Positions 1 to 10,128 of a stretch of DNA of 42,028 nt are shown piece by piece. Under the pieces are notes generated by a model. It saw only the letters and a list, made by a program, of their open reading frames with translations. It searched no databases and was not told where the DNA came from. Each line of letters starts with the position of its first letter. Position 1 is the first letter of the stretch. Location: the IMG/VR virus record IMGVR_UViG_3300032214_001577, positions 1 through 42,028 of that record. The stretch is one strand, 5' to 3'. The DNA is from a virus (Duplodnaviria > Caudoviricetes). Made by a program: the position numbers and the translations under genes.

Positions 1-633
1 ATCATCAACATGGCTTTTATTAAAGATAGTTATCCAAACATAACCTTGGATGATATTCGTCTGGCTATTCGATACTCTTTAAACGGAACTTTAGGAATGA
101 ATCCTGAAGCATTTGGTTCTTTTTCACCATTGTACATTAGCAAGGTCATGAACGCTTATTTGAGTTATAAGAAAGAGGAAATACATGCTATGAATCTACG
201 CAAGAAGTATTATGATGATAGAAACAAATTTGAAGAAGAACCGACACATGAAGAAAAAATTAAAGAAAGAAGAACCTTCATTAAATGGTTCATCAAAAAA
301 ATAACTGAGGAGGATAAATATGTTGCTGACTTTCAAAATGAGGTTTGGAAATTGTTGGGGCGCAAGCAGTTTATTGTACCCAGCGAAATAGACTGGGAAG
401 ATGCTGAAGAAAAAGCCGAAATATTGACCAATCGAAACGTGTACTCAGTATTCGCCAAAGTCATGGATAACATGAAGCCCGATGAGAAATTAGAAGAAAA
501 AGCAAGGCTCAAAGAATTGTACGGGAGATTTTACATCATGAAGCAGTTTTTCACAAAAGTTACCGACATTGATATGTGGATTGCGGAATTATCCGATGAA
601 GATATTATACCTTCGTCTTCGACAAAACAATAA
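1..633 (+). CDS. hypothetical phage protein, possibly replication-associated; probably 5'-truncated
   Basis: Frame is open from base 1 (first ATG at 10). Helical, charged protein; the YPNITLDDIRLA...FSPLYISKVMNAY segment recalls Bacteroidota phage replication-module proteins (unverified). Confidence 0.5.
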   Translation: MINMAFIKDSYPNITLDDIRLAIRYSLNGTLGMNPEAFGSFSPLYISKVMNAYLSYKKEEIHAMNLRKKYYDDRNKFEEEPTHEEKIKERRTFIKWFIKKITEEDKYVADFQNEVWKLLGRKQFIVPSEIDWEDAEEKAEILTNRNVYSVFAKVMDNMKPDEKLEEKARLKELYGRFYIMKQFFTKVTDIDMWIAELSDEDIIPSSSTKQ

Positions 634-655
634 TCACTATATTATTTTCAAAAAT

Positions 656-898
656 ATGAAAATGCCAGTCGTTAAAATAGATGAAGAACAAATCATGGAG
701 ATGCATTCTATCATTTGCGAGGAGTTGACCGAAATGTTAATACAAAGAGCAAATGAAGATGACCCAACTGAATGTGCTTGCTTGAAATGTCTTTCAGGTA
801 GAGCAATGACCAAGACAATGGAATATTTGAAAGAAAATAAAATTGTTGAAGTCCGTTTGACGCTTAGTCCTTATGCGGACAGAAGAAACATAAATTAA
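656..898 (+). CDS. small hypothetical protein with a CxCxxC motif
   Basis: The ATG at 656 is preferred over 569 because it avoids overlap and has an A-rich leader; ECACLKC motif. Confidence 0.6.
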   Translation: MKMPVVKIDEEQIMEMHSIICEELTEMLIQRANEDDPTECACLKCLSGRAMTKTMEYLKENKIVEVRLTLSPYADRRNIN

Positions 899-899
899 T

Positions 900-1529
900 A
901 TGGCACAAGGAATTTATAAAATAACCGAAACATTCGAGCAGATGCTCTGTGATTACACTGGCGCTCCGTATGCGGTTGCGGTGGATAATCAAAGCAATGC
1001 TTTATTTTTAGCACTTTACTACGAAAAGGTTTGCGGTTTGGAAATCACTATTCCAGCCAGAACTTATCCAAGTGTTCCTTGTGAAATCATTCATGCAGGT
1101 GCAAAAGTGAATTTTGAGCCAGTAGAGGGCAAAACAATTAAGGGTTCATACCAACTTAAACCAACCAAGGTTTGGGACTCTGCTTTGAGTTTTGATGCCG
1201 ATATGTATAAGCCAAATACTCACATGTGCTTGTCTTTTACAGGCCCGTACAAAACTTTGAAGTTATCCAAAGGGGGAGCAATATTGACCGATGACAGAGA
1301 AGCGTATTTTTGGTTTAAAAGAGCAAGATTCAGTGGTCGAAATGAGATGTCTTACCACGAAGACCAGTTTGACATGCTGGGATGGAATTTCTACATGATG
1401 CCAGAACTTGCTACCAGAGGTGTATTAATGATGAATCAATTTTACAATACGGATGGAACTAAAAAAAGGTTTCCAGATGTTGAATTACCTTATCCAGATT
1501 TAAGTCAATTTGAGGTTTACAAAAAATGA
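900..1529 (+). CDS. compact DegT/DnrJ/EryC1/StrS-family PLP aminotransferase
   Basis: FE..LCDYTGAPYAVAVDNQSNALFLAL; PARTYPSV; WDSA (PLP Asp); SFTGPYKTL..KGGAILTDD (PLP Lys); GWNFYM. Confidence 0.85.
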   Translation: MAQGIYKITETFEQMLCDYTGAPYAVAVDNQSNALFLALYYEKVCGLEITIPARTYPSVPCEIIHAGAKVNFEPVEGKTIKGSYQLKPTKVWDSALSFDADMYKPNTHMCLSFTGPYKTLKLSKGGAILTDDREAYFWFKRARFSGRNEMSYHEDQFDMLGWNFYMMPELATRGVLMMNQFYNTDGTKKRFPDVELPYPDLSQFEVYKK

Positions 1530-2131
1530 AATTTGATTACATCGAAATAGGCACATCGGATTTTGAAACCATGTGCCAAGAACATCCCAATTTAGTTGGA
1601 TTAAGTATAGAGCCTTTGGACATTTATTGTAATAGGCTACCAGCCCAAGAAAACCTGATTAGAGTAAATTGTGCAATAAGTAATTTCAAAGGTCATGGCG
1701 TAGTTTGGTACGTTCATCCAGATGACATTGATGCATACGATTTGCCACAATGGTTAAAGGGTTGTAACTCTTTTAATTCGATACATCCATCGACTAAAGC
1801 AGAACTTGATAAAAGAGAATTATCACATCTGTTTCGATTTAAATACGTAGAAGTCCTGACATGGAAAGACTTGGTTGCAAGATATGACATAACGCACGTG
1901 AATTATTTGAAAATAGACACTGAGGGTCACGACCTTGTTATTATAAACAACATGCTTGACTGGGCAATTAAGTCTTCGAGGTGTCCAGACGAAATATTAT
2001 TCGAAAGTAATATTTTGATAAATGAAGACGAATTGAAATGCACTTTGGAGCGATTGAAATGTTTTGGGTACGAAATAATTTACACTAACAACGAAAACAC
2101 ACTTGTAAAAAAAGTTAGGGTCGAGGGATGA
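1526..2131 (+). CDS. FkbM-family methyltransferase
   Basis: YIEIG, SIEP, VNCAIS, YLKIDTEGHD and ILFE motifs. Confidence 0.8.
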   Translation: MKFDYIEIGTSDFETMCQEHPNLVGLSIEPLDIYCNRLPAQENLIRVNCAISNFKGHGVVWYVHPDDIDAYDLPQWLKGCNSFNSIHPSTKAELDKRELSHLFRFKYVEVLTWKDLVARYDITHVNYLKIDTEGHDLVIINNMLDWAIKSSRCPDEILFESNILINEDELKCTLERLKCFGYEIIYTNNENTLVKKVRVEG

Positions 2132-2895
2132 TGAAGATAGACAAAATCATATTTTCAGTGGATGACAATCCAATGTATTTGGGATTTTGGAAGTTTATCA
2201 GCAAATGGACGAGAGAAAGACTTGGAGTGACTCCAGTGTTATTTCACATAACTGATGAAGAAACAGACTTTTATGAGGATGATTTTGGAATAGTAAAGAA
2301 GTTCAAATCATTACCTGAGTTCACCAGTTCTTTCCAATGCAGGATGATTAGAATGTGGGGAACACGTTATTTTATGGATGAGTTTTGCATGACTGGTGAC
2401 ATAGACATGATGATGATTGACAAGGAGTATTTTCATCGTGATTTGCATTTGTATGATGAAAACTCATTAGTCATTTATAGCAGTGACGCTTACGATAAAA
2501 ACAGATTTGAGTGCATCAATGAATACGCTTTGGATAGGTATCCTATTTGTTATAATTTGGGAAAAGGAAGCGTTTTTGAAAAGATTCTGGGTACTTATGA
2601 ATCTTTTGAAGATTACTGCAAAATCACTTCAAAGCATCATTATTTAATTGACCATTGCGATGAATTGTACTTTGGTCATAGGGTAAATAATTTTGAGCAT
2701 GGAGTAAACGTAATCAAACTAAAAAGAGGGTTTAGAAGTTGCTTCATTTGTCCCAATAGATTTGAAAGACCTTCGTTTCTTTCCATCGATGAGCAGTTAC
2801 AATTACGCAATAAAGAAATCATTGACATACATTTAATGCGTCCATACGAACTCTATGAAACCCAAATTAACATTTTAAAAGAATTGATTGTATGA
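2128..2895 (+). CDS. putative GT-A fold glycosyltransferase
   Basis: MTGDIDM DxD motif, late DE and DIH motifs, cluster context. Confidence 0.55.
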   Translation: MMKIDKIIFSVDDNPMYLGFWKFISKWTRERLGVTPVLFHITDEETDFYEDDFGIVKKFKSLPEFTSSFQCRMIRMWGTRYFMDEFCMTGDIDMMMIDKEYFHRDLHLYDENSLVIYSSDAYDKNRFECINEYALDRYPICYNLGKGSVFEKILGTYESFEDYCKITSKHHYLIDHCDELYFGHRVNNFEHGVNVIKLKRGFRSCFICPNRFERPSFLSIDEQLQLRNKEIIDIHLMRPYELYETQINILKELIV

Positions 2896-3827
2896 GCAGA
2901 GAGGTTTATTTAATAGGATGCCATGTTGAGAATGAAGAGCAGTCTAATTTGTTGAGAAGACTGGTTTCTCATTTGAATTTCTTCAAAAAGGATTACGTTT
3001 TGGTTAGTCATACTATGTTGCCATCTGACATAGTAGAAAAAAGCGTAGGATTCATTTATGACACGTCTAATCCCGTATTTCGTAGGTGGGATTTAGAAAA
3101 CGCTCCCCTATTTAATTTTTTTGCTCCAAGTTTTAAGATTTCATCGAAATACATATTGTATGGCGCTTCGCCTTACTATCATGTTGGAGTTCTTAGGTTG
3201 TTGTTAAATGGAATTAAATATGTTCAAACCTTGGACTACGATGTTGTGCATTGGATTGAATATGATATGTTTCCAGATTTTGACAGAGCAAATGAAAATG
3301 TAAATTTAATTGCTCAGGGAAATCAATTCGTTTTTCATGGTCTGGGAAGTTTTTTCAGTTTTGATTCAAAAGTTATCATTCAACCTGAATTTTTGAATTC
3401 TAACGATGACGTTTTATTTAGTTTATTGAAAGAGAATGATTATGTTGCTGAAATCGTCATCATGAACAAAGTATTTCAACCAAGTGCATTTAAGGTGTTT
3501 GATGTATTAAAAAGTTCTGGTGATTATAGTCAAAATTTTGACCAAGTTCCCGTTCACTGGTCGTTGTTTTCTACAATTAATAATGAATTACACATTTTTC
3601 TTTTGAACAGACAGAAAAGGGAAATAAAGGTGGATTATTCCTACAACAGTTTTAATTCTACAAGAATTTTGATACCTCAGATGTATCATAGAAGCCAGTT
3701 GGGATTTTTGAAATTAGATGGGACAAGCAGTTTCAAAATATCTGTAAACGATAAACTTTACTTTGAAATAGAAGCGAGTAGTCAATCTGTTTATGATAAA
3801 CTAATCAAGGATACTAAGGTCTGGTAA
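2892..3827 (+). CDS. putative glycosyltransferase-like protein, paralogous to the C-terminal domain of 4421-6199
   Basis: LVSH..., IYDTSN and WIEYD motifs align by eye with LISN, MYDSND and RMEADD of the neighbour. Confidence 0.5.
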   Translation: MSREVYLIGCHVENEEQSNLLRRLVSHLNFFKKDYVLVSHTMLPSDIVEKSVGFIYDTSNPVFRRWDLENAPLFNFFAPSFKISSKYILYGASPYYHVGVLRLLLNGIKYVQTLDYDVVHWIEYDMFPDFDRANENVNLIAQGNQFVFHGLGSFFSFDSKVIIQPEFLNSNDDVLFSLLKENDYVAEIVIMNKVFQPSAFKVFDVLKSSGDYSQNFDQVPVHWSLFSTINNELHIFLLNRQKREIKVDYSYNSFNSTRILIPQMYHRSQLGFLKLDGTSSFKISVNDKLYFEIEASSQSVYDKLIKDTKVW

Positions 3828-4424
3828 ATGTATAAAAAACTTGCGTTATATGGTGCTGGGGGTCATGCCAGTGAAGTCATTGCTCAATTAAAAAGCATGA
3901 ATTATAAGGTAGACAAGTTGTTTGTGGACGAGCCTTATGTAAAAGATGGATACCACTCAATTGAAACTTTTAATCCAGATGATTATCTGTTGATGATACC
4001 AGTGAGTGATTCGTTTGCCAGAGAAAAGATGGTAAAAAAATTACCATCAAATACGGAGTTTTTCTCTTTCATACACCCAACCGCCTTACTGATGGAAGCG
4101 GATACTATAAAATTGGGTAAAGGGTGCTTTATCGGTGCATATTCTATTTTGACAGTAGACATCACCATGGGCGACCACGCAATTTTGAATCGAGGGGTAC
4201 ACATTGGTCACGGGTGTAGAATTGGTGACTATTTCAGCGCAATGCCGAGTTGTGTGGTTTCTGGCGATGTGGTCATCGGTAATCGGGTTTATTTGGGTAC
4301 AAATTCATCTGTGAAAGAAAAAATAAAAATTTGTGATGGTGTGACGATTGGTATGAATAGTCCAGTTCATCACGACATCAAGGAATCAGGGATTTACGTA
4401 GGAGATAATTTAAGAAAGATATGA
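3828..4424 (+). CDS. PglD/NeuD-like sugar acetyltransferase (hexapeptide repeat)
   Basis: N-terminal YGAGGHA, IHPTA, left-handed beta-helix hexapeptides, IGHGCRIGD. Confidence 0.9.
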   Translation: MYKKLALYGAGGHASEVIAQLKSMNYKVDKLFVDEPYVKDGYHSIETFNPDDYLLMIPVSDSFAREKMVKKLPSNTEFFSFIHPTALLMEADTIKLGKGCFIGAYSILTVDITMGDHAILNRGVHIGHGCRIGDYFSAMPSCVVSGDVVIGNRVYLGTNSSVKEKIKICDGVTIGMNSPVHHDIKESGIYVGDNLRKI

Positions 4425-6199
4425 GTGACATCAAAGTAAGTATAATAATTCCAGCGTACAAGTTCTGCTATTTTATAGACCAATCGGTTTTGTCTGCTTT
4501 ATGGCAAGAAACAAACTTTGAATTTGAAGTTCTGGTCAGAGATGATTTTAGTCCAGATAAAACCAATACAGTTTTAGAAAAAATTGCCCATCGTTATCCC
4601 AGATTAAAATATTTTCATGCTACTGAAAACTGGGGATTTATGAAGAACATTCAGTTTTTATTAAATCAGGCTAAGGGTAAGTACGTGGCTTATCTGGATG
4701 GAGATGATTATTATTTCGCTCAGGACAAACTACAAAAAGCGGTAGATTTTTTGGAAGAGAATCCTAAGTACTCAATGGTTTCGTTTGGTTATTACCGAAA
4801 ATTAGAAAGTGGGGAATTTAGCCCAGACAAACCATGGGAGTTTTTCGGCCCGTTAGATGATACTATTGACGTAAACCAAATAGCAGAAGTGAACAAGGTT
4901 CAGTGGGGTAGGGTGTTTAAGAACTTGCCTAATCTGGTTAAGCCATGGATGTATAATTTGCCTACGCTGGATTGGGCATTGAATTACGAAGTTGCCAAAA
5001 GCGGTTTGGTTAAAAATATTGACGAACCATGGGGTGTGTATCGTCAAAGCAGTGTGGGTCTTTTTAATCCTTTAAGTGAAAAAGAAAAAAAGGATTTGGA
5101 CTTAAAGGTGAAAATGGAAATTCAAAAACAACATAAAAATATAGAAATGAAAACGATAACGATTGTAGATTCTTTTGTGTATTCTGAGAACGTCAGGCTT
5201 AAATTGGAAGCATTTGTTAAAATGTTAAATGAAGATGGTCACGATATTTTGCTTATCAGTAATACCGTTGTTGGTGAAGAAATTTTAAAGCATTGCAAGT
5301 ACTACATGTACGATAGCAATGATAGGTTGTTTCAAGACATTTTTGAAGATGTGAAAGATGTAAATCTCTGGAAAATCATTGATGGTTTCAAAGTGAATGA
5401 GCATACTTCTGGTCTTCAAAAACATGGATTGTCGGTGATGGTTAACTTCTTTAATGCGGTGAAAATGGCTAAATCATTAGGGTATACTCATTTTCAAAGA
5501 ATGGAAGCCGATGACTTGTTTGGAGAAAAAAGTCGCCAATGGATTTGCCAAGTGCCAGAACTGGTTTTACGTGAAGGTAAAAAGGGACTTTACTATTACA
5601 ATAATACCCCATCGGTTGAGCAGGAGGATGTATCGTTCCACTATCAGTTTTGTGAAATTGAATTATTCCTGAAGTCGGTAACGCACATAGAAAAACAACA
5701 AGACTATTACGATTATCTGGTCAGAGAGTTCAACCGACCTAAATTCATCATCGTTGAAGAATTCCTTTACAGAGAATTGAAACGAAATTGTTGGGATGAA
5801 CTTTTGATTAGATATACTGATGACCAAAGTTTGGACTTTTCGGATACCCACTGGAATACCGAAATCAGTATTTCAAACATGAGTGAGAAATATCGTGGTT
5901 GCAGTACCCGTCTTTACAAGCACTGGGGCATGATGGAAAATGAAGAACATTATGATAGAGGTGGTCGAATTGTATTTACCTATAACTATACCGAAAACAC
6001 GGTTGAGCGAGTTATTGAAGTCGTTGGAATGGATGATTCAATTCATACTTTAAGGCACGTGGTTTACGGAAAAAGAGGTTGGTCTTACAACATCATTGAT
6101 TGGGAATTTAAGGCTATTAGAGTTTACCAAAACGATGAATTCCTCTACGAAGAAAGTAACTTAGAAGAATATTGGTCACGAATCGTTTTCAATAATTAA
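4421..6199 (+). CDS. GT2 glycosyltransferase fused to a second GT-like domain
   Basis: VSIIIPAY, RDDFSPD, AKGKYVAYLDGDD; second domain begins at MKTITIVD (5147). Confidence 0.85.
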   Translation: MSDIKVSIIIPAYKFCYFIDQSVLSALWQETNFEFEVLVRDDFSPDKTNTVLEKIAHRYPRLKYFHATENWGFMKNIQFLLNQAKGKYVAYLDGDDYYFAQDKLQKAVDFLEENPKYSMVSFGYYRKLESGEFSPDKPWEFFGPLDDTIDVNQIAEVNKVQWGRVFKNLPNLVKPWMYNLPTLDWALNYEVAKSGLVKNIDEPWGVYRQSSVGLFNPLSEKEKKDLDLKVKMEIQKQHKNIEMKTITIVDSFVYSENVRLKLEAFVKMLNEDGHDILLISNTVVGEEILKHCKYYMYDSNDRLFQDIFEDVKDVNLWKIIDGFKVNEHTSGLQKHGLSVMVNFFNAVKMAKSLGYTHFQRMEADDLFGEKSRQWICQVPELVLREGKKGLYYYNNTPSVEQEDVSFHYQFCEIELFLKSVTHIEKQQDYYDYLVREFNRPKFIIVEEFLYRELKRNCWDELLIRYTDDQSLDFSDTHWNTEISISNMSEKYRGCSTRLYKHWGMMENEEHYDRGGRIVFTYNYTENTVERVIEVVGMDDSIHTLRHVVYGKRGWSYNIIDWEFKAIRVYQNDEFLYEESNLEEYWSRIVFNN

Positions 6200-6205
6200 G
6201 GAGTC

Positions 6206-6421
6206 ATGAAAAACCTGATGTATAAAATGGTTGTAATTGCTTCAAACCTTGTGGCTTTCCCTTGCCTACTGGTGGTTATCGTCATTTACCTTTATCAATT
6301 TCATAAGGCAGAAAAAGAATTTCCTAAATATCAGGATGTGGTGATTTTTTACGAATCCACATTTCCTTATTGTTTTTTTATTGATTTTATTGCTATTTGG
6401 TATTTTCTTTTTGTAAATTAG
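6206..6421 (+). CDS. small two-TM membrane protein
   Basis: Two hydrophobic segments in 71 aa; fills the intergenic gap. Confidence 0.55.
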   Translation: MKNLMYKMVVIASNLVAFPCLLVVIVIYLYQFHKAEKEFPKYQDVVIFYESTFPYCFFIDFIAIWYFLFVN

Positions 6422-6431
6422 CATCATTGTA

Positions 6432-6447
6432 TTATTTTTGAAAATAA
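6432..6447 (+). promoter_or_regulatory. TTATTTTTGAAAATAA quasi-palindrome containing a Bacteroidota -7 box (TATTTTTG)
   Basis: Identical 16-mer at 16375-16390; a 15-nt reverse-complement copy at 642-656. All three lie directly at or before start codons. Confidence 0.45.
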
Positions 6448-6452
6448 TAACC

Positions 6453-7088
6453 ATGGCGACAATTGCATTAGGAATACCGACAATAAACCAAGCGGAACTT
6501 TTACAACCGACTTTGGAAAGATATAGCGATAACTGGTATGGTAGACATACTTACATTATCGACAATGGCAATCAAAACTTAAATCCAGTTGGGTCTAAGC
6601 AAAGGATTGTGAAGATGCAAAACAATTTGGGTGTTGCAGGAAGTTGGAATTTGCTATGCAGAACCATTTTCGGATTTGGCTATACGCATATAGCCATTTT
6701 GAATGACGACATTTTCTGGAACAAAACTGCGGATGACATCGAAACTTACATCGAACAAAACCCAGCAGATTTTTACGTTGGAATGGGTCAGTGGTGTTGT
6801 TTCGTCTTGCCCTATGACACCTACGCTAAAGTTGGTTTGTTTGATGACAAATTCGTAAACGCTTATTTCGAAGACAATGACTACGAACATCGTATGAAAC
6901 TATTGGGTTTGAGCGTTCACAAATCAGAATTTTTTAATCCTGACGAGTACAAGCAAAGCCAAAGTATTAGAAAAGACCCCACTCTAAATAACAACTTCGA
7001 AAACAACAAAAATCGATATATTCAAAAATGGGGTGGACTTCCAAAAGAAGAAAAGTTTAGTACTGCTTTCAATAAAGTTCTGGTGTGA
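6453..7088 (+). CDS. GT2 glycosyltransferase
   Basis: IIDNG, NLGVAGSWN, ILNDD, GLFDDKF..AYFEDNDY; ATG at 6453. Confidence 0.88.
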   Translation: MATIALGIPTINQAELLQPTLERYSDNWYGRHTYIIDNGNQNLNPVGSKQRIVKMQNNLGVAGSWNLLCRTIFGFGYTHIAILNDDIFWNKTADDIETYIEQNPADFYVGMGQWCCFVLPYDTYAKVGLFDDKFVNAYFEDNDYEHRMKLLGLSVHKSEFFNPDEYKQSQSIRKDPTLNNNFENNKNRYIQKWGGLPKEEKFSTAFNKVLV

Positions 7089-7291
7089 TGCGTAAAATTT
7101 TAATTAACACATGCAAGATGATTTATTACTTAGGTGCTTTACCTATGGTATTATTTGTTTATGCTATTTTTCTTAAAGCAAATGCTGAAGACCTCAAGCC
7201 AGAAAATGAAAAACACTTTCTTAATGTAACCCTACAAAAATGTATAATTGTGTACTATGTCGCTCTCGCACTGATGCTGATTTGGAGATAA
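7085..7291 (+). CDS. small two-TM membrane protein
   Basis: Two hydrophobic segments; same layout as 6206-6421. Confidence 0.55.
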   Translation: MMRKILINTCKMIYYLGALPMVLFVYAIFLKANAEDLKPENEKHFLNVTLQKCIIVYYVALALMLIWR

Positions 7292-7305
7292 ACACTTTAC
7301 CAAAA

Positions 7306-7566
7306 ATGAGAAATCCCAAGATTTACATCATAAGTGTTTACCGAAAAAAAGCCATCTTAGACCTTGGAGAACCTATGGAGTTTATAAGTTTTGTGGATGT
7401 TAATTCGGCTCTGTATGAGGCTAAATTGGACGTTTTAGAAGCACAGAAATTCACCTTGGAAGAAGCATCTTATGTAGTAACTGCATTAAGTAAGATGTTA
7501 CCTGAGTTTTTTATGATAAATTTGAATCCCAGTTATCATGTACAAAAAGAATTCGGAAGGGTATAA
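7306..7566 (+). CDS. hypothetical protein
   Basis: ATG at 7306 after an A-rich leader; coupled to the next gene. Confidence 0.5.
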   Translation: MRNPKIYIISVYRKKAILDLGEPMEFISFVDVNSALYEAKLDVLEAQKFTLEEASYVVTALSKMLPEFFMINLNPSYHVQKEFGRV

Positions 7567-8185
7567 GTTTTATTTATTGATTGGTGTTATAGTTGTTTTA
7601 TTCATGTTGCTATGGATGAAAAACAACACCATCGATTCATTAAAAAACATAAATTCAGAAATCACTTATGAGATTTCTAAAGATGGAAAGTATATGGCTA
7701 CCCAAAGGCAAAACATTATGAATTTGGAAGATGCTATAAAATCTGGATTGCTTGAAAAAGAGCGATACATGAAAAACATTAAAAGTCAGACAAGAATAGA
7801 AACAACCACTATAATTCAAGAAAAGTTAATCCCGTATCATGATACAGTTGAGGTTTATTTTGACACGGTGGATAAAAGATATTGGGTAAAAACGCCAGCC
7901 CCTATACGCTATCAAGACTCTTTCAATTTATTGAGTGGTAAGTTTACCAAAGACGGATTTAAATTGGACACCTTGGAAACAAAAAACGAATTTAGAGTTT
8001 CCATATTTGATAAGAAAAATGGGTTTTTCAAAAAGCCTACTCCAGTAGTAGAAATCAAATCGAACAATCCAAACACAAAAACTACCAACATAAAAAACGT
8101 AACTATCGAACAAAAAAAACCATTTTACACAAAGTGGTGGTTTGTTGGTTCTGTGGGTGTTTTGTTGGGATATTTTGTCATTTAA
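7538..8185 (+). CDS. membrane protein with N- and C-terminal hydrophobic anchors (spanin-like architecture possible)
   Basis: N-terminal FYLLIGVIVVLFMLLW and C-terminal KKPFYTKWWFVGSVGVLLGYFVI. Confidence 0.55.
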   Translation: MYKKNSEGYKFYLLIGVIVVLFMLLWMKNNTIDSLKNINSEITYEISKDGKYMATQRQNIMNLEDAIKSGLLEKERYMKNIKSQTRIETTTIIQEKLIPYHDTVEVYFDTVDKRYWVKTPAPIRYQDSFNLLSGKFTKDGFKLDTLETKNEFRVSIFDKKNGFFKKPTPVVEIKSNNPNTKTTNIKNVTIEQKKPFYTKWWFVGSVGVLLGYFVI

Positions 8186-8213
8186 TGCTTCGCAAACATG
8201 TTATTTTACAGAT

Positions 8214-8873
8214 ATGAATTCTACATACAATCAAATCAGCGCAACCGTTTATTCAACGGCTGAAACACAAAAACAATCTTACGAAATTGGCGAATACTTA
8301 AAGGAAAACAACATCGAAGGTGATGTTGTAGAATTGGGTGTCGCAGCGGGAGGTAATTTCGCCACCATATTGCTTGGATGCCGAGATGCAGGCTTGAATA
8401 AAAAAGGATGGGGCTTTGATAGTTACCAAGGTATTCAGTTGGCTGGTAAAAAAGACACCAGTCAGCCTGGTATTGGAGAAATAACCCATGATGTGAATGT
8501 ACCAGACGAAGCACTTTTGGTATCAAGTGGTATCACGGTTCACTCGAAGGAGAATGTGATAGGCAATTTGACATCTTGGGGTTTATATGACAATGTTGAA
8601 TTGGTAGAAGGTTGGGTACAACATACCTTACCAGAATATGCTGACAAAATTGATAAAATTGCGGTTTTAAGATTGGACATGGATATTTACTACCCGACTA
8701 AAATTGCTTTAGAATATTTATTCGAAAAGGTGGTTGATGGCGGTGTTGTGGTAATTGACGATTGGGCTTTGGATGGAGCAAGGTTGGCTTGTGAGGAATT
8801 TTTTGAAAGCATCAACTACAAACCCAATTACATTGAAGTACCGAATTCAACTCCAGTATATTTTTACAAATGA
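8214..8873 (+). CDS. TylF/MycF/NovP-family sugar O-methyltransferase
   Basis: GDVVELGVAAGG, GFDSYQG, LVEGWVQHTLP, LRLDMDIY, GGVVVIDDW; ATG at 8214. Confidence 0.9.
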   Translation: MNSTYNQISATVYSTAETQKQSYEIGEYLKENNIEGDVVELGVAAGGNFATILLGCRDAGLNKKGWGFDSYQGIQLAGKKDTSQPGIGEITHDVNVPDEALLVSSGITVHSKENVIGNLTSWGLYDNVELVEGWVQHTLPEYADKIDKIAVLRLDMDIYYPTKIALEYLFEKVVDGGVVVIDDWALDGARLACEEFFESINYKPNYIEVPNSTPVYFYK

Positions 8874-9580
8874 AATTCACTTTAATACACCCCAGCAGGA
8901 ATCGTCCATCCATGGCGATGGATACCATTTTAAAATGGACTCAAAGAGCCAGTCCTGATGCTGATTACGAATATTTGATTTCAATTGATGACGATGACCC
9001 TAAATACAATTTGTATCACGAATGGTTGTACAAAGTTGTAGGGGACAAAATTAAACTTCATGTAAACGTCAATAAAAACGCAATTGAAGCAATAAATAGA
9101 GTTGCTCATTTTGGTAGAGGTGAGGTATTTATCATCGTTTCTGATGATTTTGAATGTCCTTACGAATGGGATAAATTGCTATCTGCTAATCTTTTTGATA
9201 AGACTGATTTTGTTGCTAAAGTGAATGACGGAACTCCATCATGGATAGTTACTTTGCCCATAGTTCACAAAGAATTTTACAATCGATTTGGATACATTTA
9301 TAACCCAGAATATCAACACATGTTCTGCGATACCGAAATGACGTGTGTTGCTGGTTTGATGGGCAAGTTGGTTTACTTAGACCATTTAGGATTTGTTTTT
9401 GCTCATAAACATTACACCCAACCAGATGGAATGACGAAAGATGAGGTGAATGAAAAAAATGATTCTACTTGGACTCATGGAGAATCTGTTTTCAGAAGAA
9501 GATTAAATGAAAATTTTGGTCTGAAACCAGAGGAAGTTGTTTCAAAAAAGATTTTAGAAAAATTGGCTCACTGGGTATGA
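8870..9580 (+). CDS. GT2-like glycosyltransferase
   Basis: LIHPSRNRP, ISIDDDD, IVSDD, FCDTE and HKH motifs. Confidence 0.8.
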   Translation: MKFTLIHPSRNRPSMAMDTILKWTQRASPDADYEYLISIDDDDPKYNLYHEWLYKVVGDKIKLHVNVNKNAIEAINRVAHFGRGEVFIIVSDDFECPYEWDKLLSANLFDKTDFVAKVNDGTPSWIVTLPIVHKEFYNRFGYIYNPEYQHMFCDTEMTCVAGLMGKLVYLDHLGFVFAHKHYTQPDGMTKDEVNEKNDSTWTHGESVFRRRLNENFGLKPEEVVSKKILEKLAHWV

Positions 9581-10128
9581 AATTAAGTATTCTTATTTGT
9601 ACAATTCCATCTCGTTCAGAGATGTTGAAAAAACTGACCCAACAACTCATGTTGCTATTGGGTAAGTATGATGAATCAGAATGGGAAGTATTGATTCAAC
9701 CAGATGAGAATATAAACGTAGGTCGGAAAAGAAATATTCTGCTCCAGAAAGCGTCAGGTGACTTTGTGGTGTTCATCGATGATGACGATGAAATTCATGA
9801 TAACTATATCGATGCATTTATGCATGCGATTAATTGTAATCCTGATGCGGATTGTATAGGTTATCGGGGTTACATAACCTTTGATGGCAATTCAAGAAAA
9901 GATTGGGTTATTTCTAAGGAATGCGAAACGTGGCACGAAAAAGATGGGGTTTATTACAGAACGCCAAATCATATAAGTCCCGTCAAAAGAAAGATTGCTT
10001 TGCAAGTTATGTTCCCACAAAGTGATTTTGGTGAAGACTATGTGTATTCTATGGGAATTTTACCTTATTTGAGAACTGAAGTATTTATTGACGAACAATT
10101 GTACCATTATAAATTCATGGCAAAATGA
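9577..10128 (+). CDS. GT2 glycosyltransferase
   Basis: LSILICTIPSR, GRKRN, GDFVVFIDDDD, FGED. Confidence 0.85.
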   Translation: MKLSILICTIPSRSEMLKKLTQQLMLLLGKYDESEWEVLIQPDENINVGRKRNILLQKASGDFVVFIDDDDEIHDNYIDAFMHAINCNPDADCIGYRGYITFDGNSRKDWVISKECETWHEKDGVYYRTPNHISPVKRKIALQVMFPQSDFGEDYVYSMGILPYLRTEVFIDEQLYHYKFMAK

